A stretch of DNA of 64,000 bases from Octopus vulgaris (Eukaryota). Both the position numbers and the translations under genes were made by a program. Of this stretch, positions 1 through 11,252 are shown in pieces (the stretch's first letter is position 1; the number at the start of each line of letters is the position of its first letter). The notes under the pieces were generated by a model that was not told the origin of the DNA, searched no databases, and saw only the letters and a list, made by a program, of their open reading frames with translations. The stretch lies in assembly GCA_951406725.2 (NCBI GenBank), contig OX597831.1:48484001-48548000 (forward strand), given 5' to 3'.

Positions 1-169
1 GAGTAGCAAAAATAGTGATGGTCCTAACATAGCTGTAGGCGGAAGAAATTGTGTCAGTGCTTAGTGATGATGATGATGATGATGATGATGGCGGTGGTGA
101 TGGTGGTGAGTATGGTCACCGCCATCACCACCCTTACCATCATCGTCATCATCACCATCTTAGAATATA

Positions 170-437
170 TCTATTGATTTGTTAGTCGGTACCGTCTATA
201 AAGACAAATGTAAACAATGTGTCTATAAATACATACACACACACACACACACACATATAGATATACACATATACACGAGTGTGTGCATGCATATAAGTGC
301 AAGTACATACATGTGTGTGTCTGTGTGTGTGTATGTATATATATATATATATGCATATATATGTATATGCATTATCTATATGTGTGTGTGTATGTATTTA
401 TGTATATATATATATATGCATATATATATATATATAT

Positions 438-482
<45 letters not shown>

Positions 483-545
483 GTATATATATGTGTGTAT
501 ATATTTGTATGTGTGTATATACATACATATATAAGCATATATATA

Positions 546-605
<60 letters not shown>

Positions 606-641
606 CATATTTATTTATTTGTGTGTATATATATATATATT
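170..641. repeat. Compound (CA)n/(TG)n/(TA)n microsatellite block, representative of dozens in the window
   Basis: Dinucleotide runs seen directly; they generate the I/Y/H/T/C/V ORFs in the track. Confidence 0.95.
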
Positions 642-1408
642 GATGACTATTTAATGGATTTATAATTATATTGCAATCCCTGTGGACATTATTTATATTT
701 AAAAATTCTTTTACTTATTTTTTTTTTCCAAAGTAACAACAGAATTATCACTATGTAATCAAGATATTAATAATCAAATATATTTAACTCTACTTCCTCA
801 AGCATTGAGTACTTTATTCAGTATATGAAAACCTTGTCTATACAAACACACCCACATGCATGTGAGTGTGCATGTGTGTCCATCTCTATGTACATGTATG
901 TGTGCGTGTGTGTGGGTGTGTGTTAAATATTAAATAATATTGAATTTTCTCCTAAAAAGATATAGAAATTGCTATATAATGAATATATTAATGGAGCTTT
1001 TTTTTTTTAAGAAATAAAATAATGAGTAAGAATCATACAAAAGTTACTTATTTTATTTCTCTTTTGACAGGTGATAATATGGATATATATTTAATATCAG
1101 ATACATTTCCCCTTTAGCATTGCTATTGTTTTCATTACTATTTCTAGAATTTTCTTTATAATCTCCAGATTATTAATGATGCCAGAGTTTAAATAATCTA
1201 TTATTTTACTATACAGAATAATTTTTAATAAGGTATGGTTTCCCAGGCAATGATTTAAGACTGAGGATGTTAACATTTTTTACATGTATACATAGAAAGA
1301 CACATACATGCATACAAACAATATTATTTATGTACATATATGTATACATATATGCATGCATACTTCATCTGTATATATATTTGATATATACATATGTATA
1401 TATATGTG

Positions 1409-1452
<44 letters not shown>

Positions 1453-1457
<5 letters not shown>

Positions 1458-1575
1458 TTATTTTATAGAAGGAGCTTGAAGCTCCTTCTATAAAATAAAT
1501 TAAAATAAATTAATTTACTCTGCTATGTATTGAGTACCTTATTTACTGTGGTTAACCCCGACTCAACCCGGGACC

Positions 1576-1579
<4 letters not shown>
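1453..1579. mobile_element. Short (TA)n-embedded insert with a perfect 22-bp fold-back end (probable PLE terminal remnant)
   Basis: ATTTATTTTATAGAAGGAGCTT-G-AAGCTCCTTCTATAAAATAAAT at 1456-1500; (TA)n on both sides. Confidence 0.45.
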
Positions 1580-1629
<50 letters not shown>

Positions 1630-1676
1630 CATACATACATACATACATACATACATACATACATACATACATACAT

Positions 1677-1727
<51 letters not shown>

Positions 1728-1732
1728 TACAT

Positions 1733-2935
1733 ATCATCATCATCATAGTTTACCGTCCACTTTCCATGCTAGCATGGGTTGGACGATTTGACTGAGGACT
1801 GGCGAACCAGATGGCTGCACCCGGCTCCAGTCTTAATCTGGCAGTGTTTCTACAGCAGGATGCCCTTCCTAATGTCAACCAGTCTGTGAGTGTAGTGGGT
1901 GTTTTTACGGGCCACCAACACGAGGGCCAGTCAGGCGGTACTGGCAACGGCCATGCTCAAATGGTGTTTTTTTATGTGCCACCTGCAAAGGACCCAGTCC
2001 AGTGGCACTGGCAGCAACCTCAGTCGAAAGTTTTTCAGGTGCCACTGGCACAAGTGCCAGTAAGGCAATGCTGGTAACGATCATGCTCGAATGGTGCTTT
2101 TTACATGCCACCAGCATCAAAGCCAGTTAGCCGCTCTGGCAATGATCATGCTCAGATGGTGCTCTTAGCGCTCCACTAGCACAGATGCCAGTCATCGAAT
2201 TTGATTTCAATTTCGATTTCACTTGCCTCAACAGGTCTTCACAAGCAGAGTTTAGTGTCCAATGAAGGAAAGGTATGCATAAATGGGCTGGTTACACCCC
2301 TGGCATAGGCCACGAGGTTATGGTTTCATTTGTCTTGCCAGGTCTTCTCAAGCACAGCATATTTCCAAATGTCTCGGTCACTAGTCATTGCTTCTGTGAG
2401 GCCTAATGTTCAAAGGTCGTGGTTCACCACTTTATCTCAGGTCTTCCTGGGTCTACCTCTTCCACAGGTTCCCTCAACTGCTAGGGTGTGGCACTTTTTC
2501 AAACAGCTATCCTCATCCATTCTCGCCAGATGACCATACCAGCACAGTTGTCTCTCTTGCACACTACGTCTGATGCTTTTTAGGTCCAACTTTTCACTCA
2601 AGGTACTTACACTCTGTCAAGTACGCACACTGACACTACACATCCATCGGATCATACTGGATTCATTATTTGTGACCTTACGCATGTCCTCAGCAGTCAT
2701 GGTCCATGTTTCACTGCCATGTAGGATGGCTGTTCGTACACATGCATCATACAGTCTACCTTTTACTCTAGCGAGAGGCCCTTTGTCACCAGCAGAGGTA
2801 GAGCTCTCTGAACTTTGGCCAGGTTATTCTTATTCTAGCTGCTACAAATTCAGTGCAACCTCCCCCACTACTGACGTGGTCACCTAGATAACGGAAGCTA
2901 TCAACTACTTCTAGTTTTTCTCCTTGGAATGTGGC
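1733..2935 (-). mobile_element. 5'-truncated RTE-clade LINE (RT C-terminus, 3' UTR, (ATG)n tail)
   Basis: Minus-strand peptide EKLEVVDSFRYLGDHVSSGGGC..ARIRITWPKFREL (RTE FxYLG region); reverse-complement homologue of 13376-14447. Confidence 0.9.
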
Positions 2936-2944
2936 GGAAGTTGT

Positions 2945-2992
<48 letters not shown>

Positions 2993-2993
<1 letters not shown>

Positions 2994-3248
2994 TGTTGTG
3001 CCTGGGGAGAGTCACTCTCTTCTGGTGCCCTACAACTCAACACACTCACCGGTAAAACTTCCACCACCCCCCATTCCTCTAAAACTCCTACTATGCCCCA
3101 CAACATTTTCAATAGTTTTGACTCTCAAAACCATTGAAAAAGTTGCAAGACGCAACAAAAATTTTAGAAAAATAAAAAATAAACTCCACCAGTGAGCGTG
3201 TTAAACCACAAGGCACCAAAAGAGAATGACTCTCCCCAGACACAACAG
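2993..3248. mobile_element. MITE with ~65-bp terminal inverted repeats
   Basis: CTGTTGTGCCTGGGGAGAGTCACTCTCTTCTGGTGCC... pairs with ...GGCACCAAAAGAGAATGACTCTCCCCAGACACAACAG; preceded by TA. Confidence 0.8.
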
Positions 3249-3310
3249 CATATGCTTCAACACACAAACTCTCATAAAGAATCTTGCAAACCAAATCCTA
3301 AAACGAAATA

Positions 3311-3452
3311 TATTGGGTTGTCCAGAAAGTGCGTGCCGATTTTTAAAGAAAAGAAAAAGGTCAATAAATACTTGCCATTACATTTTTTAATCAACCGAAT
3401 ATGAACCATTTTGTAGCACAATGTGTCTCTATCTTTCCTTTAACTTGAAAAT
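3311..3452. mobile_element. Mariner end fragment (same family as 9125-9697)
   Basis: TA-TTGGGTTGTCCAGAAAGTGCGTGCCGATTT matches the TIR and subterminal sequence of the element at 9125. Confidence 0.8.
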
Positions 3453-3469
3453 GTATACTGTATATATAA

Positions 3470-3900
3470 TGAATAATATATAGTCTATTAACTAGTTTTT
3501 CTACACACTAAGTCAGAGTGGTAAAAAATTTCTATATAAAATTTTACTACCCTGAAATTTATTAATAATTCTTTTGGCTAATTTTGGAAGAAAATCGGCA
3601 TTAATTCTATTTGCTGCCAATAAAAAAATTGCTTGCGTGCTGGATTTAAAAAATTATAACATGTAAGCACGAGGCATGTTCTGTATTGCCTCGGACTTAT
3701 ATGTTAATCTTTGGCTTTTCTGCTGATGAGAGCTTCGCTTAGATAATTGATAGCTCAAAAGCATGGTCCAGGAAATAGATGGTAAATGTTTTTATTTTTC
3801 ATTCCCTTTTGAAATTACCCCTAATTGTGGTTTGGATTTTAGCTACTCCTTCTAGCAGTTTAGATGTCCGATTATTGCCATCTCTTATGTGTTTAAATGT
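3470..3900 (+). mobile_element. Penelope-like element 3' remnant with degenerate hammerhead
   Basis: Frameshifted peptide ..LEE/SALILFAANKK..ITCKHE resembles the PLE C-terminal EK..I...LLN..ISKCRH motif; CTGATGA-GAGCT..AGCTC-AAAA-GCATG-GTC at 3723-3768. Confidence 0.6.
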
Positions 3901-4185
3901 ACACTGTATATATAAAGAAATATTTATATATATGTATATGTGTGTGTATAGATATATATACACACACATGAATAAGCGCATAAATACAAACAAGGAGGAA
4001 AAAATAGTACTCAAATACCAAAGGGAGAGTAATAAACTTTTTTATTAAAGCTGCAAAAACCTCACGTGATGCTTTTGTAGCTTTAATAAAACAATATATA
4101 TATGCACACATCCACACATCAATGTCATTAACCCCTTTCCACACACACACGCTTACACATTTATACATACACACACATGAACCTT

Positions 4186-4450
4186 CCTTTGAGGATCACC
4201 AATACTTTATTATCTCTCCTTCTCTCTACCTCTCCTGTCAAACCATTTTTTCCTGACCAGTCACCATGCTTGATCGCTAAAGTTTTTTATTCTCTCTCTG
4301 TTTATTTTCTCTTATTACTTTCTGTTGAAGCACCTAGGCTCCAAATATAAAAGACTTTCTCACTTTCCCAAGCATCAAACTAATATACCTGTTTGTTGTT
4401 CATACACCTGTCTTCGTCTTTTGTTTTTCTGTAAATTTCAATTTCAACTA
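4186..4450 (+). mobile_element. Degenerate PLE-type terminal fragment (related to 57718-57924 and 51037-51110)
   Basis: TTTCTGTTGAAGCACCTAGGCTCCAAATATAAAAG aligns by eye with the hammerhead-bearing segment at 57819-57856 (minus); 3' end abuts a TA/TG tract. Confidence 0.45.
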
Positions 4451-4454
4451 TATA

Positions 4455-4499
<45 letters not shown>

Positions 4500-4550
4500 G
4501 GAAAAAAAATTAAGGTAGAAAATGCTAAAATAATTTTATAAAAAACATTT

Positions 4551-4586
4551 CAGTACCGGTTTCAGTTATTGAGACTTCTTCAACTG
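4551..4586 (-). ncRNA. Minimal hammerhead ribozyme motif (left-arm copy)
   Basis: Reverse complement reads CAG-TTGAAGA-AGTctcaataACT-GAAAC-CG-GTA-CTG with intact palindromic ACCGGT stem III. Confidence 0.65.
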
Positions 4587-4774
4587 TAAGCATGGAAAAC
4601 AATTCAATTTTGGAAAAATTAAATAAAAAGTTACCTCGAACCCACAAGAGTAAACAAGAGAGACAGTGACAGGCAGAAACAAGGAAAATGCCCCTTGTAT
4701 TTGAATACTATGCAAATATTCTTTTAAGAATCTTTTTATTTATTATTTCCAAAATTGAATTGTTTCCATGCTTA

Positions 4775-4810
4775 CAGTTGAAGAAGTCTCAATGACTGAA
4801 ACTGGTACTG
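4775..4810 (+). ncRNA. Minimal hammerhead ribozyme motif (right-arm copy)
   Basis: CAG-TTGAAGA-AGTC tcaat GACT-GAAAC-TG-GTA-CTG: stem I CAG/CTG, stem II AGTC/GACT, GUA cleavage triplet. Confidence 0.65.
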
Positions 4811-4910
4811 AAATGCTTTTTATAAAATTATTTTAGCATTTTCTACCTTGATTTTTTTTCCATATATATATCAACTCGTGTGTTCCTTTTCAACCTTCTA
4901 CATATATATT

Positions 4911-4942
<32 letters not shown>

Positions 4943-4966
4943 TATATGCATGTATGTATATGTATA

Positions 4967-5445
4967 TCATCATCATCATCATCATCATCGTTTAACGTCC
5001 GTTCTCCATGCTAGCATGGGTTGGTCGGTTCGACCGGGGATCTGGGAAGCCAGAAGGCTGCACCAGGCTCCGGTCTTATCTGGTAATGTTTCTACAGCTG
5101 GATGCCCTTCCTAACGCCAACCACTCCACGAGTGTAGTGGGTGCTTTTTACGTGCCACCTGCACTGGAGCCAGGCGAGGCTGGCATCGGCCACGGTCGCA
5201 TTGGTGCATTTTACGTGCCACCTGCACGGAAGTCAGTCGAGGTGGCACTGGCTTCGGCCACGATTCGGATGGTGCTTTTTACGTGCCACCGACACGGAAG
5301 CCAGTCGAGGCGGCGCTGGCATCGGCCACGATTCGGATAGTGCTTTGTACGTGTCTCCAGTCCAGGGGTTCTGGCATCTGCCAGGGGTCCTGGCATCTGC
5401 CAGGTGCCAGTCATATGATTGGTTCAATTTTGATTCCGATTTCGA
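4967..5445 (-). mobile_element. Short RTE-tail element (truncated LINE 3' UTR or RTE-dependent SINE) with internal ~60-bp repeats
   Basis: (CAT)n CGTTTAACGTCCG..CATGCTAGCATGGGTTGG..CTACAGCTGGATGCCCTTCCTAACGCCAACC, shared with the RTE ends at 1733 and 14447. Confidence 0.85.
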
Positions 5446-5899
5446 ACACTCTAAAGAATAGCGCCAGCCATGTGTGGCACCTCAAAGATCAACCAGGCCC
5501 TTATACTAATGGGAGCAGGCGCTGCAAAATCTGAATGACCGTGTGAGCCTAAATTCTTAAAACCAATGCTAAGCCTGGCTCGCTGAACACTTGTAAAGAA
5601 ATATATCCACAATGTGTCCATTTCAAGCACTACCTCGTGCAAATTTGGGATCCTCTATTTGCTGATTAGGCTTTTAGGAGACCTTATGAAAGAGTTCCCT
5701 GCTTCCAATTAATTGATGATCCAGGGGAGACAACCCATCCTCACTAATGTTGTTTTTTTTTCCTCTGGTACCTGCTTGACCATAGCGTTTCTCCACCTCC
5801 ACAAGGTTAAGAGTTAAATTTGTCTTTGTATTAAGTCTCATGAGCTGTTCACAAGGTTGCAGCTCGCTCTATGACCAGACTTTAACTTTAGTGATTTAA

Positions 5900-5900
<1 letters not shown>
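5446..5900 (+). mobile_element. Penelope-like element GIY-YIG C-terminal remnant
   Basis: Peptide SHVWHLKDQ..PYTNGSRRCKI then ..QCVHFK resembles PLE SxHIWxLK..PY..G.KRCxLC..KCRH; ends in (TA)n. Confidence 0.65.
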
Positions 5901-5942
<42 letters not shown>

Positions 5943-5945
5943 AAT

Positions 5946-6256
5946 GGAGGTGCAATGGCCTAGTGGTTAGGGCAGCGGAGCCGCGGTTGTAGGATCGCGG
6001 TTTCAATTCCCAGACCGGGCGTTGTGAGTGTTTAATGAGCGAAAACACTTAAAGCCCCACAAGGCTCTGGCAGGGGGGTGGGTGGCGATCCCTGCTGTAC
6101 TCTTTTGCCACAACTTTCTCTCACTCTTTCTTCTGTTGGCCTGCTCGCTTAGCCAGCGGGGTGGCGTCATTTGAGGCTAAAACAATGCGAAGCGCATTGT
6201 GACCAGCGATGCGTAACAACATCTGATAATCTGGTCGGTCACGGTGATCACGGTGA
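5946..6256 (+). mobile_element. tRNA-derived SINE (family 2)
   Basis: A-box TGGCCTAGTGG and B-box-like GGTTTCAATTCC; tail TCACGGTGATCACGGTGA. Confidence 0.85.
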
Positions 6257-6268
6257 TATACATATATA

Positions 6269-6590
6269 AAATTTAAATTAAGCAGAAAATGGAGAAAATT
6301 CTTGATCAAAAAACAAATTGACTACCATTGATTATTAGTTTTTTTAATAAAAAATAATAATCAATGATAGTCAATTTGTTTGTTGATCAAGAATTTTCTC
6401 CATTTTCTACTTAATTTAAATTTGATTCCTGATAAACACTTGTTTATTTTGTCATTGTCTGTATCCTATGAGCATAGCATGCTTGCATATCCATACCCAA
6501 GATTAACATAGGTAATTTATACTGGTAGTAAAAACAGATATTCCTGTCCCTTAAATGGTTATTTCAACCACTAACTCTACTAAACTATTT
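6269..6590 (+). mobile_element. PLE internal fragment with a 5' fold-back (hairpin 6269-6423)
   Basis: ~69-bp near-perfect inverted arms; downstream peptide traces FSPFS..LIPDKHL..RYSCPLNG match the PLE thumb and Cys-rich linker. Confidence 0.6.
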
Positions 6591-6743
6591 ACATACATAC
6601 ATATGTATATATTAATAGTAATGGTAAGACAACAAAAGAATGAAAGAGACCTAGATGTTATGTAAATAGAGGAATTTATTTGTAATATAATATGTAATAT
6701 TGCCTTGATAAAACTTCGGTTTTAACGGTTTTATCGGTTGCCA

Positions 6744-6805
6744 TGATAAAACTCCGAGTTTTGGATGTCGGAGCAGAAACCTGCACCAGCATCTCTTCAG
6801 TTATC
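6744..6805 (-). ncRNA. Degenerate hammerhead motif in a TA-adjacent PLE-type end (6610-6818)
   Basis: Reverse complement GATAA-CTGAAGA-GATG..CATC-cAAAA-CTCGGAGT-T-TTATC; stems I, II and III pair, GAAA is mutated. Confidence 0.5.
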
Positions 6806-6817
6806 GAAGCAATTTAA

Positions 6818-6906
<89 letters not shown>

Positions 6907-6994
6907 GATAGATGCATAGAAAGATATACATATACATATATATAAACTTACTGTCAATAAAAGTTGGGTGTGTGTTGTGTACCATTACTTAATA

Positions 6995-7520
6995 GATGAA
7001 AAACTGCATTGTAAATAAACAACAGATAAAACTGTATATGTATAGTGAATGTGTAACTGGATGGGAGACAGACAGACAAGGTCTCTAATTCTTCATCAGT
7101 TATCAACCAAATGGTAACACTCAGTTTTGCACCATTAATGATAAGACTGAAAACTTCCGACATTGGTGGTCCCTCAGTAAGCCGCAAAGAATGTAGGGCC
7201 TCAAGCAAACAAAACAACACAGAGTGCACATTTTTTTTTTTTTTTTTGCTTTCGTATGACCAGTTTGTGTTCTTTTGTTTGCTCAAAGCCCTGCATTCTC
7301 TGTGGATTTCACAGGGAAGTTCTCAGTCTTATCATTAACGGTGTGAAATTGAGCGTTGCCATTTGGTTGATAACTGACAAAAAATTAGGGACCTTCTCTG
7401 TTTATCTCCCATCCAGTTGTACACTCAGTATATCCTTAAAAATGTTTTAGCCCGAAGGCCGTGGCCATGCTGGGGCTTTCTATCTGTCATTGTTTATTTA
7501 CAATGCATTTTTTCATTTAT
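6995..7520. mobile_element. Fold-back/MITE-like element with ~230-bp imperfect inverted arms
   Basis: 6995-7225 is the reverse complement of ~7262-7520 (e.g. TCAGTTATCAACCAAATGG / CCATTTGGTTGATAACTGA). Confidence 0.75.
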
Positions 7521-8169
7521 TACATATGTATGTATGTATGTATGCATGTATGTATGTATGTATGTATGTATGTATGTATGTATGTAGGTATGTATATATC
7601 TATCTATCTATCTTTCTATCTATCTATCAAAGTGAAGAGGCATATCAAAATGAAAAGGCATATCAAACTGAAGCAAACCACAATTATTGGTAAGACAGAG
7701 TGATGCAAAGCAGACAGTTAAGCAATCTATTATTATCGCATAGATTGCATCAATGGTGTGAATTTCCCTGTTGTCAGGTAATCCACAACTCCATTAGTAT
7801 CCAAAAATATCCAACGATGAATGAAACCTTAAATGTGGCATGAAAAGAACATAAAAAGCAGATGAAATGGTTATCAGGTGCTGCTACGATTGTTTCCTTA
7901 CAAGTCTTTATTGTGACATAAACATGGTACTATCAGCTATGTAATATACACAGCATTGATAAGATTATGTAATGTGTTATGCGACTCTCAACTCATTAGG
8001 TTTGCCAAATAAATAACAAGGCAGTGAGGAGTGACTTGTTGATTAATCAACAGATCAACAAGTCTAATCAGAAATACCAAAATTTAAGAAATTTAAAACA
8101 GGTAGGACTACAATCTGTCAGTCATAAGGGTGGATAGCAGAATGAGGTTGTAAATTACACAATAATTAA

Positions 8170-8391
8170 CCCTTTTTGATGCTAACCCAGCTGAAACCAC
8201 CTCTGGCTTTATAGTACAAATGTCTTGTTTTCATAAGTTTTGAATTAAAATCTTCCACCAAACTTTAGTCACAATTTATGTTCCTAACACCGGCTTAATG
8301 ATAATTAAGTTATTTTACTAAATTCTTTGTTATATTTAAAATAATTGAAAGAAACACAGAGCATCTCAAAATAGATATGGTAACGAAAGGG
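8170..8391. mobile_element. piggyBac-type MITE, family A
   Basis: TTAA|CCCTTTTTGAT ... GTAACGAAAGGG|TTAA; related decayed copies near 17800-17955, 24520-24983 and 26263-26533. Confidence 0.75.
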
Positions 8392-8541
8392 TTAAAGACA
8401 TTTTTATCCTTAAGATGTCATTAAACTTAGCAACTTCACTCATAAATGCTGGTAGTGGCAAAACATGCTTGTATACTAGGAGATAGCAGGTGCCAAGCAT
8501 GACATCAAAACATGTTGAAATATATCTGCTGCTGCTACTGA

Positions 8542-8845
8542 TCATCATCATCATCATCATCATCATTTGACGTCTGCTTTTTATGCTGGCATGGGTTGGG
8601 CGGTTTGACAGGAGCTGCATAGCACCAGGCCTCATGTCTGTTTTGGCATGGCTTTTATGGCTGGATGCTCTTCCTAACACCAACCACCCTGCAGAACGAC
8701 CTGAGTGGTTTTTATTTGACACCAGCACAGGCAAGGACAGTTTTAGCATGGTTTTTACAACTGGATGCCCTTCCAAATGCCAACCATTTTACAGTGCAAA
8801 CTGAATGCTTTTTACATGGTACTAGTACTGGCAGGGTTACCGAGT
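8542..8845 (-). mobile_element. Short RTE-tail element
   Basis: (CAT)n plus GCATGGGTTGG..GGCTGGATGCTCTTCCTAACACCAACC, with an internal duplication of the tail segment. Confidence 0.75.
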
Positions 8846-9124
8846 AATGTATTATATCGCTTTATCGTCGGGTATATGAATCTGCAGGCTGCTTTGTTTT
8901 TAATGCAGTGGATCCACATGATATCACTGATACTGCTGTTCCATTGTTCCCGTTTCATCATATGAACCTAATTTTGAGGTTGATAGCATCAATAATATGC
9001 ATGCTGACTATTTGAAATTTCATTTTGAAGACATTTCTTATCCTACATTTGTGTGGATTGTGGTCTTTAAGAGTAATGTAAAACGTCCACATGGCAACGT
9101 GATCCATGCAGTCTTTTGTTTTTA

Positions 9125-9697
9125 TTGTGTTGTCCGGAAAGTTTGTGCCGATTTTTAAAGGAAAGAAAAAGGTCAATAAATATTTGCCATTACCCAAGCA
9201 TTACCAGGTGCTCATGAACGATGGATTTTGATAGATTGAGGCTTTCTGCCAATCCTCGGGTTGTGCAATGTGAGTTATTCTCGATTAATGACTTGATTTG
9301 GTCATCATCTGTAGTGGATGGTCTGCCTGATCGCTCTTTATCAATAAGGCTACATCTCCAGCTCAGAAGCTTGCAAGCCACTTCCATACAGTTCTTTCAG
9401 ATAAAGAAACATCACCATAAACTGCACATATTTCTTTGGTTGCTTGTGAGGCATTTTTCCTTTTACAGAAAAAGAAAAGCATCAAGTGCCGAAAATGAAC
9501 TTTCTTATCTTCCACTTTAAAGGGTTACAGAATTAACATAGGTTATAGGAACATAAACCTTCTTCCACGAAAAGATAGCTTAAACTGTGTTCTAAATGGA
9601 GGTGTAGTCAAATCCTATTTTATGGACTCAAACATGTTCTATAATAAGTCGAAAGGTAAGCTGCTATAAATCGGCACAAACTTTCCGGACAACCCAA
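9125..9697 (-). mobile_element. Internally deleted mariner transposon
   Basis: ~28-bp TIRs TTGTGTTGTCCGGAAAGTTTGTGCCGATTT / AAATCGGCACAAACTTTCCGGACAACCCAA with TA target duplications; transposase HTH peptide ERSGRPSTTDDDQIKSLIENNSHCTTRGLAESLNLSKSIVHEHL. Confidence 0.92.
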
Positions 9698-10051
9698 TAG
9701 TAAAGAGACTAGTGACTACATTTCACTGTTTATGCTCTGTGTAATGCTACTCTGTGTAATGAGGATGATGTTTATTCAGTACAAATATTATAGTAATTAC
9801 ACTAATACTAACCTTCCATAATTTCAAGTTTCATGCTGCAGACGAGATATTTGAGTGTATCAATTATCAGAGAGGTGACCAATAGTGACCTTTGTCCTAA
9901 GGTCACAATGGGTCATCCACAAGTTTACACCATGACACTTCTGTAATATGAAGCTTAAAATTACAGAAGGCTAGTATCAGCTATTTTAACTAAATTATAA
10001 TGCTTGTATGTGTGTGTATATATATGTGTGTGTATATAAGTATGCATGTAT

Positions 10052-10089
<38 letters not shown>

Positions 10090-10471
10090 TGTCCACTTCT
10101 TCATGCTCACATGGGTCAGACAAGTTCACTGAGGCAAATTTTCTATGGTCATATGCACATCCTGTCATCAACCCTTTACCTGTTACCAAATAATGTCATA
10201 TTTCCCCATCCTCGGACATATTTTCATGGAAGATCAGAAATGAATGGCGCCCATGTACAACTATCACAAGAGATCAAAGCAAAGAAACACACGTGTGTAC
10301 ACACACCCTGGCACATGCACATGCATATATACACACAATACATATATATATACATACATATAGCTATGTTTATGTGTGTATGTGTATGAATATATATATT
10401 TATATATGTGTGTGTGTGTGTGTATGTGTGTATGTGTGTATATGTATATATATATTTGTGCATATATATAT

Positions 10472-10514
<43 letters not shown>

Positions 10515-10917
10515 TCAAACAGTGAAGTGGCAGACACCAAATGCTTTTGGTGCATAGTTACAACTATTTACAAGCTGACTTCAAATCAGGCAGCTGTTGA
10601 TTTTTTCCCTCCTTTGATCCCATCAGGACTAATAAAATAAGTACAAATCATAACATATAAAAATCAATGCAATCAATTGAAGTCTTCTGCTGTGGAAATT
10701 CTTGGCATTTTGCATAAGTTGTTAGGCAACTTATAAAACTGAGTAGATTCAAATCTCAATAAAGTCCAAGATTACTATACATCATTGATGGGCTGATAAT
10801 ATAAAGTAGCAGTCAGATAACTGCTGGGTGTCATTGTAATCAAGTATATAATTTGGGTTCCTTTGATTATATTACCATATTTGATGCTGTATAAAATACA
10901 TGTTTTCCCCATAAAAT

Positions 10918-11252
10918 CATCATCATCATCATCGTTTAACGTCCGTTTTCCATGCTAGTTTGGGTTGGACGGTTCAATCGGGGTCTGGGAAGCCAGGAGG
11001 TTGCACCAAGCTCCAGTCTGATCTCGCTGTGTCTCTACAGCTGGATACCCTTCCTAACACCAACCACTCCATGAGTGTAGTGGGTGCTTTTTACATGTCG
11101 CCAGCACAGGGGCCAAAGGAGGCTGGCAAACAGCCATGATCGGTTGGTGCTGTTGACGTGTCACCGGCATGGACATCAGTCAAGGCAGCACTGGCATCGG
11201 CCACGTATGGTCCTTTTTATGTGCCACAGGCATGGGTATCACAACTACAATT
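10918..11252 (-). mobile_element. Short RTE-tail element
   Basis: Same (CAT)n CGTTTAACGTCCG tail family as 4967. Confidence 0.85.

Larger units (their letters stand above)
4497..4864. mobile_element. (TA)n-embedded inverted PLE pseudo-LTR pair, each arm with a hammerhead motif
   Basis: ~130-bp arms (4497-~4630 and ~4732-4864) are near reverse complements; hammerhead at 4551-4586 (-) and 4775-4810 (+). Confidence 0.75.

Noticed and set aside
5655-5745. CTGATTA..GAAAG and TTGATGA-TCC..GGA-GACA after the PLE remnant
   Set aside because: Position fits a hammerhead but too many core changes to call
5946-6020. tRNA genes at SINE heads (also 15192, 15440, 37384, 54159, 61535)
   Set aside because: Acceptor stems do not pair and each continues into a repeated SINE body
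7078-7105. CTGATGAAG on the minus strand in the fold-back arm
   Set aside because: No paired stem II, GAGAC instead of GAAAC, and not conserved in the other arm
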